A DNA stretch of 64,000 nt from Anaerolineales bacterium (GTDB lineage Bacteria > Chloroflexota > Anaerolineae > Anaerolineales > UBA11579): positions 18,414-82,413 of the forward strand of contig CAXXOS010000003.1 of NCBI GenBank assembly GCA_963676155.2. Direction: 5' to 3'. Shown piece after piece: positions 57,210 through 64,000 of this stretch. The translations under genes were made by a program, and so were the position numbers. The notes under the pieces were generated by a model. The model was not told where the DNA came from. It saw nothing but the letters and a program-made list of their open reading frames with translations, and did no database searches. Position 1 is the first letter of the stretch, and each line of letters opens with the position of its first letter.

Positions 57210-58001
57210 ATGGTAGGAAAAGTAATCACCGTCACCTCAGGTAAAGGTGGTGTTGGGAAAACAACAACAACAGCTAATATTGGCGCTGCACTAGCATTAC
57301 GTGGTAAACAAGTAGTGTGTTTAGACGCAGATATTGGTTTGCGCAATCTAGATGTGGTGATGGGCTTAGAAAACCGAATAGTCTATGACATTGTTGATAT
57401 TGTTGAAGGTCGTTGTAAATTAAATCAAGCAATGATTAAAGATAAGAGAATTCCCGGACTGTTCTTAATTCCTGCAGCACAAACTCGTGATAAAAATGCT
57501 GTGTCACCTAATGATATGATTAAGATTTGTGCTGAATTAAGAGAAATCGTTGATTTTGTGATTATTGATTCCCCTGCTGGAATTGAAAGAGGATTTAGAA
57601 ATTCTATTGCACCAGCAGATGAGATTTTGATTGTAACAAATCCGGAAGTTTCTGCTGTTCGCGATGCAGATCGAATCATTGGCATAATTGAAGCTGAAGA
57701 GAAAGGCCCTGCATTTTTAGTCATCAATCGTGTAAATATAAGGATGATTCGCCAAGGTGAAATGTTAGAATCAGAAGACATCTTAGACCTTTTAGGAATT
57801 AGCCTAATAGGAGTTGTTCCTGAAGATGAACAAGTAATTGTAAGCACAAATCGTGGCTTGCCAATAGCTACAGAAGATAAAAATATGGCAGGGAAAGCTT
57901 TTCGCAATATTGCGGGTCGTTTGGATGGAGAAGAAATTCCACTGATGGACTTAGGTTCTGAATCGAATATTTTTAAAAGACTTTTTGGAACATCAAATTA
58001 A
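57210..58001 (+). CDS. minD: Septum site-determining ATPase MinD
   Basis: Deviant Walker A SGKGGVGKTT, and a C-terminal amphipathic helix IFKRLFG. Confidence 0.95.
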   Translation: MVGKVITVTSGKGGVGKTTTTANIGAALALRGKQVVCLDADIGLRNLDVVMGLENRIVYDIVDIVEGRCKLNQAMIKDKRIPGLFLIPAAQTRDKNAVSPNDMIKICAELREIVDFVIIDSPAGIERGFRNSIAPADEILIVTNPEVSAVRDADRIIGIIEAEEKGPAFLVINRVNIRMIRQGEMLESEDILDLLGISLIGVVPEDEQVIVSTNRGLPIATEDKNMAGKAFRNIAGRLDGEEIPLMDLGSESNIFKRLFGTSN

Positions 58002-58013
58002 GAGGTAAAAAAG

Positions 58014-58238
58014 ATGCCCAGAAAAAAAAGAAGTGGAAAAGAAGCAGCCGAAAGACTTCAAGTCATTCTTTATCATGATCGCGCTAGGATATCCCCAGGA
58101 ACAATGGAACAATTAAAAGAAGAATTAGTTCAAGTGATTGTGAAGCATATTGATGTGAACCCGGAGATGGTATCTATTGAATTATCTCAAAAGGGTAGAA
58201 GTCAAAGCTTAGTTGCAGATATTCCTCTAAATAATTAA
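58014..58238 (+). CDS. minE: Cell-division topological specificity factor MinE
   Basis: 74 aa with AAERLQVILYHDR, located directly after minD. Confidence 0.85.
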   Translation: MPRKKRSGKEAAERLQVILYHDRARISPGTMEQLKEELVQVIVKHIDVNPEMVSIELSQKGRSQSLVADIPLNN

Positions 58239-58273
58239 TTGATAAACTTTGACAAATATAAGGAGGCTTTATT

Positions 58274-59386
58274 GTGTCTCTTATTAAGTTATTTAAAAAC
58301 TTTGATTTTATTTTAATTGGCGCTATTATTATTCTTTGTATATTTAGTATAGCAATGATTGATTCTACAATTGCAGGAAATTTTGATTTATTAGACCAAA
58401 ATATTACACTAAAACAAATAATTTTCTTAATTATGAGTTTAGTGCTTGTAATTGGAGTTACGCTCTTAGACTATCATATGTGGGTTATGATTGCTCGATT
58501 GTTATATATCTTTTTGTTCTTTTTTTTGGGGTATGTTTTTATTGCAGGTGATTCAAGTTTTGGTTCTCAAAGATGGATTAATCTTGGATTTATCTCTATT
58601 CAGCCATCAGAATTAGCAAAAATCACAATTGTTGTCGTTTTAGCCGATTTTTTTTCTAGAACAAAAAACAAAGTGAATGATTTTCGCTATATGGCATTAA
58701 GTCTTGTGATTGTCGCTGGTTTAATGGGGTTTATATATCTTCAACCTGATCTCTCAACATCATTAGTATTACTTGTCATTTGGTTTGCCTTGTTATGGTC
58801 GACTGGACTGAGTTGGAAGAATCTCTCAATTTTGTTTATTTCGGGAATTGTATTAAGTGTAATTGCATTCCAATTTTTTCTGCAAGATTACCAAAAACAA
58901 AGAATATTTGACTTCTCAACACCTGACCCTGATGCAAGATATGGTGCGCAGTATAATATTGAACAAGCAATTATTACGTTAGGGAATGGCGGTTTATTAG
59001 GGAGGGGATATGGGCAAGGTTCGCAAATTCAATTACGATTTATGAAAGTTCGTCACACTGACTTTATATTTTCCGCCATCGGGGAAGAATTTGGCTTTAT
59101 AGGAAATATTTTTGTAATTATTATGCTTGCTATTATCCTTTGGAGAATCCTTAGAACAGCTGCACGAGCACATGATACCTTTGGTGCATTAATCTGTGTG
59201 GGGGTTGCCTCTGTGATTTTCTTCCATACTTTAATTAACATAGGAATGAATTTACAATTAATGCCAGTAACTGGTTTACCATTGCCATTTGTTAGTTATG
59301 GAGGGAGTTCGTTGCTCTCAATGATGCTTGGAATTGGACTAGTTGAAAGTGTTGCTGTGAGAACAAACCCAATCGAATCTACATAA
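58274..59386 (+). CDS. rodA: SEDS-family peptidoglycan glycosyltransferase RodA
   Basis: 370 aa with 10 TM helices and motifs SELAKI, HTDFIFSAIGEEFGFIG and LPFVSYGGSS. The GTG start lies 8 nt after AAGGAGG. Confidence 0.9.
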   Translation: MSLIKLFKNFDFILIGAIIILCIFSIAMIDSTIAGNFDLLDQNITLKQIIFLIMSLVLVIGVTLLDYHMWVMIARLLYIFLFFFLGYVFIAGDSSFGSQRWINLGFISIQPSELAKITIVVVLADFFSRTKNKVNDFRYMALSLVIVAGLMGFIYLQPDLSTSLVLLVIWFALLWSTGLSWKNLSILFISGIVLSVIAFQFFLQDYQKQRIFDFSTPDPDARYGAQYNIEQAIITLGNGGLLGRGYGQGSQIQLRFMKVRHTDFIFSAIGEEFGFIGNIFVIIMLAIILWRILRTAARAHDTFGALICVGVASVIFFHTLINIGMNLQLMPVTGLPLPFVSYGGSSLLSMMLGIGLVESVAVRTNPIEST

Positions 59387-59430
59387 AATAGTTTATAATT
59401 CTCATACATTTAAGAATAGGGAGATATTAC

Positions 59431-61029
59431 ATGAAAAAAATATTCAAAAATTTTTCGTTATATCATTTTTTTATTATTGGTTTGATATTTTTCTCTTCAG
59501 TAGCTGCATATTATTTTCATATGTTAACTTATGTAAAATTACCTTCACTGGAAGGATTGAATAAACTCTTATCAATTAATCTACCTACTTATTCAACGGG
59601 ATTAATTGATTATTTTATTTATACATTTTTAGCAGCAATAATTTATTGGATAATACCTAAGAAAATTCGTTGGATATGGTTAGTTTTTTATAGTAGTTTT
59701 ATTATTTTAAGTTGGGATATATTTTATTTATTGTTGCTAATCGCATTAACATTATTTACTTTTTTTGTGGCAAAGAAAATATCGGAAACTACTCTTCCTA
59801 AGAAAAGAATGCTTTGGATGAGAATTGGTGTTATCACCAGTGTTTTGTTTTTATTAGGTTTTAAAACAATTAATGTATTTATTCAATACTTAAGTTTAAA
59901 GGTTGAATTTAATTTAATGACAATTTTGCTTCCAATAGGTATTTCTTTTTATACGTTTCAAGCAATAAGTTATTTAGTTGATATAAATTCTGGTAAATAT
60001 CAAATTAATCAACACCTTGGGCACTATTATTTATATATGTCATTTTTCCCTCGGTTTGTTTCTGGGCCAATTGAAAGAGCTGATAAATTTATTAAACAAG
60101 TACAAGAATATAAATCATTTGATTATGAAGTGTTTGTAGATGGCCTTCGTCAAATATTATGGGGTTTGTTTGTTAAAACAGTAATATCAAATAGATTGTA
60201 TACAATTTATAATTCACCTCTTAAAGTGATTGAATTAATCTCACCTTTAGAAGCTTGGGTTAGCGTTATTGCTTTTTCATTTTATATATATTTTGATTTT
60301 TATGCGTATACACAATTGGCATTGGGAACCGCAAAAATGTTTGGGATTTCTTTAACGAATAATTTTAATAAACCTTATTTTGCCGACTCAATTGTTGAAT
60401 TTTGGAGAAGGTGGCACATATCATTTAGTTCTTGGTTAAGAGATTATGTTTTTATTCCATTGGAATTTTCGACTCGAAGAATAAAGGCGAGATGGGTTCA
60501 TGATTTAAATATAATTTTAACATTTTTAATTAGTGGCCTTTGGCATGGTTCATCAATTAATTTTTTAATTTGGGGGGGATTGCATGGCTTATTTCAAGTT
60601 ATTGAAGGGCGAGTAGCTGAAATTTGGATGAAAATAACAAAAAACAAGAATCCAGAACCTATCTTAGGTAAACCTGGAAGAATTCTTTTATCTTTTTCAT
60701 TAGTAACTTTGTCATGGGTATTTTTTAATAATACTCTTGGTCGAAGTCGAATGATATTCAAATTATTATTAAGTGGTGAAAAATTCTTTCGATTTAAGAT
60801 TGTAAACTTTGAAATATCTATAGAAGATTTCTGGCTTACAATTTTTATGATGTTAATTTTCTTATTGCTAAGTTTAATTGATATTAAACGTGATTTTTTA
60901 GAAATCCTAAAAGAACAACGCTTTTTATTTAGATTAGTTTTCTGTTTATTGTTAGCTGCAATCACATTAATTTTTTCTTACAGTGAATTTGCAAACATTG
61001 AAACTAATTTTATATATACGCAATTTTAA
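59431..61029 (+). CDS. MBOAT-family membrane-bound O-acyltransferase (AlgI/DltB/PatA-like)
   Basis: 532 aa and polytopic. It has FWRRWHISFSSWLRDYVFIPL and the catalytic-His block ISGLWHGSS. Confidence 0.9.
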   Translation: MKKIFKNFSLYHFFIIGLIFFSSVAAYYFHMLTYVKLPSLEGLNKLLSINLPTYSTGLIDYFIYTFLAAIIYWIIPKKIRWIWLVFYSSFIILSWDIFYLLLLIALTLFTFFVAKKISETTLPKKRMLWMRIGVITSVLFLLGFKTINVFIQYLSLKVEFNLMTILLPIGISFYTFQAISYLVDINSGKYQINQHLGHYYLYMSFFPRFVSGPIERADKFIKQVQEYKSFDYEVFVDGLRQILWGLFVKTVISNRLYTIYNSPLKVIELISPLEAWVSVIAFSFYIYFDFYAYTQLALGTAKMFGISLTNNFNKPYFADSIVEFWRRWHISFSSWLRDYVFIPLEFSTRRIKARWVHDLNIILTFLISGLWHGSSINFLIWGGLHGLFQVIEGRVAEIWMKITKNKNPEPILGKPGRILLSFSLVTLSWVFFNNTLGRSRMIFKLLLSGEKFFRFKIVNFEISIEDFWLTIFMMLIFLLLSLIDIKRDFLEILKEQRFLFRLVFCLLLAAITLIFSYSEFANIETNFIYTQF

Positions 61030-61036
61030 TTTTACT

Positions 61037-62077
61037 ATGAAAAAAATAAAATTCCTTTTGCAATTTACAATTGTTTGTTTTTCTTTTTGGATGCTTTATT
61101 TGCTACTTGGAAGGTATATAAATCCTAGAAATCAGTTGTCTCAATTGGAAGTTAAAAAATATCAATTATCACAAGAACAATATTCAGTATTTATTATGGG
61201 TAATTCACATGCATATCGTTCTATACAACCATTGGTTTTAGATGAATTATCAGAAAATAAATCTTTTCTAAATTTAACAACACCTGGAACATGGTTTTTT
61301 CCTTTATATGAATATTTAAAAATGGCAATAAATGAGGGTCAAAAACCTGAAATAGTTCTTGTAGAAGTGACCACATTGAGAATGAAAAACCAGGCTAATA
61401 ATATTCTTGAAATAATGGATGAAAATTATTTAAGTAGAGTATTTGATATGATTCGATTAATACCTGAAAAAGATCACAAAATTGCTTTTTCATTTATACC
61501 TACAGGCTTTGATTGGATGAATTTGCTTAATTATATTCAAAGAAATATTGAGTATTATCAAAGTTTAGAAAATATTGATAACTTTACTTTTGTTAAATCA
61601 AAAGGATATTGGTATCAAGACCATGAACTAGATATAGAAATGTATCAGAAAATAGTATCAACTGGAGATTATCCAATAGATATAAATTATTTTAATAAAC
61701 TTTTTCCAGCTTTTGTATCCTTATGCAAAGAAAATGATATTCAGCTTATTTTGTTTCATTCCCCAGCTGTTTATATTATAGGAAATGAAGATGCATATGC
61801 AGAAGAATTTGCTAAATATTATGGGATACCATATATTGATTTAAATAATAATATTGAAGCCGAAATAGAATTTCCTCACTTGCTTTTTGATGATGCTTTT
61901 TTGGGTATTAATGAACCGTCTAGTAGTCATACAAATGATACTGGCTCTCTTTACGCTTCACTTAAGCTTGCAAAAGAACTTGAAAAATCGGGATTAATTA
62001 AAATAAATCAAAATGCTTACGATTTATATTGGAATCAAATGATATACCGTTTACAAAATAGTAAAGAGGAGAAATAG
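61037..62077 (+). CDS. Membrane-anchored SGNH-like protein, paralogue 1 (putative MBOAT partner)
   Basis: The ATG at 61037 (MKKIKF) lies 7 nt after the MBOAT stop. It has one N-terminal TM helix, YSVFIMGNSH (block-I-like Ser), TPGTW (block-II-like Gly), QKPEIVLVE, and C-terminal SSSHTNDTG (block-V-like His). Confidence 0.6.
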   Translation: MKKIKFLLQFTIVCFSFWMLYLLLGRYINPRNQLSQLEVKKYQLSQEQYSVFIMGNSHAYRSIQPLVLDELSENKSFLNLTTPGTWFFPLYEYLKMAINEGQKPEIVLVEVTTLRMKNQANNILEIMDENYLSRVFDMIRLIPEKDHKIAFSFIPTGFDWMNLLNYIQRNIEYYQSLENIDNFTFVKSKGYWYQDHELDIEMYQKIVSTGDYPIDINYFNKLFPAFVSLCKENDIQLILFHSPAVYIIGNEDAYAEEFAKYYGIPYIDLNNNIEAEIEFPHLLFDDAFLGINEPSSSHTNDTGSLYASLKLAKELEKSGLIKINQNAYDLYWNQMIYRLQNSKEEK

Positions 62078-62079
62078 CT

Positions 62080-63095
62080 TTGAAAAAAATTTTGAGTTTG
62101 TCACAAGCAATGATAATAATTGTGACCTTTTTTTTAGGCTTTATATGGCTTGATAGAATTTTATTTCCTTTATATTCCGAAATAGATATGGAAAGTAAAA
62201 TTGAATTACTTGAAAAAGATAAATATTCAATTTTTATTATGGGTAATTCTCATTCGGTTAATTCTTATATTCCGAATCTTTTAAACCAAATAACTATAAA
62301 TCAAAACTTTATTAATTATTCAACATCAGGTGTCGGTTTGAATTCGTTATATTTTTATTTAGAAAATGCTATTCAAAAAAATCAAAAACCGGATTTAATA
62401 TTGTTAGAAACTTATTCTTTTTATTTTGATGAATATGATCAGAGTTTATTTTCATTAAAAGGAAATAATTATATTAAATCGTTTTATGATATTCAAAAAT
62501 TTATACCTATTGATGAGCACTTAATATCATATTCTTCTTTATTTATGAACTATAATTATCGAGATGTGTTAAAAACAATTTCAAAGAATTTTAATTTTTT
62601 AGAAAATAGAAAAGAAAACAAAGATAACCCTTGGGTTTTGTCTAAAGGTTATCGTATTGATTATTTATATGACATTGTTCCAAAAGAAAATTATGAAGAT
62701 TTATTAATGCTAGGCTCTACAAAATTAAAAATCAGTAAATATGAAAACATTTTTAAAAAATTTCTTTTATTATGTAGAAAAAATAATATAGAAGTAATTT
62801 TGATTAAGTCACCTAGTATAAATTTAATTAATAATAAAGATCAATATAGTGAAGAATTAGCTAAAGAATTTAATATTAAGTATATTGATTTAAATCAAAC
62901 AATAATATTTTTTTTGATGGATTTATTTTAGGAGATGGTGTTGTTAATAGTCATACAAATCACTATGGCGCACAATACTCATCTTTAAAATTGGTTCAAT
63001 ATTTGAATCAAATGGGTTATCTTGAATTAGATGAAAATAAGTTTAACTATTATTGGGAGAAGTTTGAGGAAACTATGATTAGTATTGAAAAATAA
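62080..63095 (+). pseudogene. SGNH-like paralogue 2, interrupted by a frameshift in a T8 tract
   Basis: - The frame-1 ORF 62080-62931 carries YSIFIMGNSH and QKPDLILLE.
- The conserved C-terminus FFDGFILGDGVVNSHTNHYGAQYSSLKL...ISIEK continues in another frame from the T8 tract at 62908-62915 to the stop at 63093-63095.
- It aligns with the paralogue-1 C-terminus LLFDDAFLG...SSSHTNDTGSLYASLKL.
- T9 would restore one ORF of about 339 aa. Confidence 0.75.
62908..62915 (+). repeat. T8 homopolymer at the frameshift site
   Basis: Read directly from the sequence: ...caaacaataata-TTTTTTTT-gatggattt... Confidence 0.95.
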
Positions 63096-63134
63096 TCCTT
63101 CATATCATTATTAATATATTTATTTGAGGTTTAA

Positions 63135-64000
63135 ATGTTTATAACAGACAAAAACAAATTTTTTTTTCAAGGATTAATTATCTTTATTATAGTCTTTTTT
63201 GGTTATCGAAATTTTGAAAAAATTGTTTATCTTCATTATCCTGGAAGATTGCTTGAATCAAAAGAATACTTATTAAAAAATGAAAAATATTCAATAATAA
63301 TAATGGGGAATTCTCACACATCTTATTCAATCAATCCTGAAATTATTAATAATGTAATGAAAAATGGAAGTTCTTTAAATTTATCTTCAAATGGAGCAGG
63401 AATTCCAACAATATATTTCTATCTAAAAAAGGCAATAGATCTTGGACAAAAACCAGATATTTTACTAATTGAGGCTTATACATTTCGATATAATGATTTT
63501 GATGAAAGTTTACCGATGATAAATAATAAAATATATCAAAAGTCAATATTTGATATATTAACTTTAATCCCAATAAAAGATCACAATCGTTCTTTTTCTT
63601 TTTTTTCTGAAAATTATCGTTGGAAAAATCTATTTTCGACGATAGAAACAAATATTGAATATAGAAAAGAAATTAAAAATATTGAAGAATATGAAAAGAA
63701 TGAATTTAAAGGATATATTCAAGTTGAAGAAATAGTCTCAAGAGAATCTTTTGATAATACTTATCAAAGAGATGCTTTTCCAATAGATTTTGAATATTAT
63801 GAAAAATTGATTCTTGAGATAATGCATATATGTGAACAAAATGATATAGAATTGTTGTTTTTTAGAGCTCCTACTATCAATACATTAGGTATACACGATG
63901 AATATATGCAACACTTTGCACATACAAATGTGATAGAGTTTCTTGACTTAAACGATAATATATTGAATGAGATTGATAATCCAAGATTATTATTTTCTGA
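63135..64000 (+). CDS. SGNH-like paralogue 3 (3' end outside window; absent from the ORF track)
   Basis: The ATG at 63135 follows a GAGG RBS. I translated this frame by hand and it is open to the window end. It has an N-terminal TM helix, YSIIIMGNSH, SNGAG, QKPDILLIE, and FLDLN near the end. It is collinear with paralogues 1 and 2. Confidence 0.7.
   Translation, partial: MFITDKNKFFFQGLIIFIIVFFGYRNFEKIVYLHYPGRLLESKEYLLKNEKYSIIIMGNSHTSYSINPEIINNVMKNGSSLNLSSNGAGIPTIYFYLKKAIDLGQKPDILLIEAYTFRYNDFDESLPMINNKIYQKSIFDILTLIPIKDHNRSFSFFSENYRWKNLFSTIETNIEYRKEIKNIEEYEKNEFKGYIQVEEIVSRESFDNTYQRDAFPIDFEYYEKLILEIMHICEQNDIELLFFRAPTINTLGIHDEYMQHFAHTNVIEFLDLNDNILNEIDNPRLLFS

Noticed and set aside
60983-61036. 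N-terminal extensions offered by the track, here and at 4735, 7316, 13064, 21621, 25615, 27015, 29414, 33464, 41135 and 50376.
   Set aside because: In each case a downstream ATG has a better-spaced Shine-Dalgarno and matches the family N-terminus. The extension also overlaps an upstream gene, operator, promoter box or riboswitch.
63346-63651. 101-aa minus-strand ORF from the track.
   Set aside because: It lies antisense inside the third SGNH-like paralogue (63135 to the window end). That paralogue has an RBS and clear paralogy to two upstream genes, so this is a shadow ORF.

Overview
This is a densely coded 64-kb chromosomal segment from an AT-rich bacterium. Gene order and Thr/Pro-rich linkers in secreted proteins suggest a Chloroflexota (Anaerolineae)-like or clostridial-type lineage, but the sequence alone cannot settle the taxonomy. 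I support about 66 protein genes, one tRNA-Arg(TCT), one compact cobalamin riboswitch ahead of metE, three palindromic operator sites and about a dozen intrinsic terminators. I saw no rRNA, CRISPR array, transposase or integrase.

Most of the content is housekeeping:
- Transport and amino-acid metabolism: a CPA1 Na+/H+ antiporter, kbl and metE.
- Nucleic-acid functions: RNase J, tdk-hpt-cca, xseA-xseB-mntP, argS, rpsT, primary sigma factor, rdgB and rho.
- Uptake: a PadR-led BtuF/FecCD-type ABC importer.
- Morphogenesis and division: a complete mreB-mreC-mreD-mrdA-minC-minD-minE-rodA block at 51.9-59.4 kb.

The most unusual part is the strongly AT-rich right end (59.4-64.0 kb). An MBOAT acyltransferase sits directly behind rodA. 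It is followed by three tandem, diverged, membrane-anchored paralogues with SGNH-like GNSH and SHTN motifs. The middle paralogue is broken at a T8 tract. The third is missing from the ORF track because it runs off the window.

Other points worth a second look:
- The 10.43-10.78 kb intergenic region holds back-to-back consensus promoters, one with no ORF behind it, plus a helically phased GTGTCCAAAAA repeat array.
- A two-gene AT-rich orphan island lies at 7.96-10.44 kb.
- A pseudo-receiver OmpR-type regulator has no partner kinase nearby.
- A CCA-family enzyme carries an extra N-terminal domain.
- Several hypothetical gene pairs are conserved-looking but unassigned.

All family assignments are motif-level recognition by eye. 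No database search or numeric computation was run.
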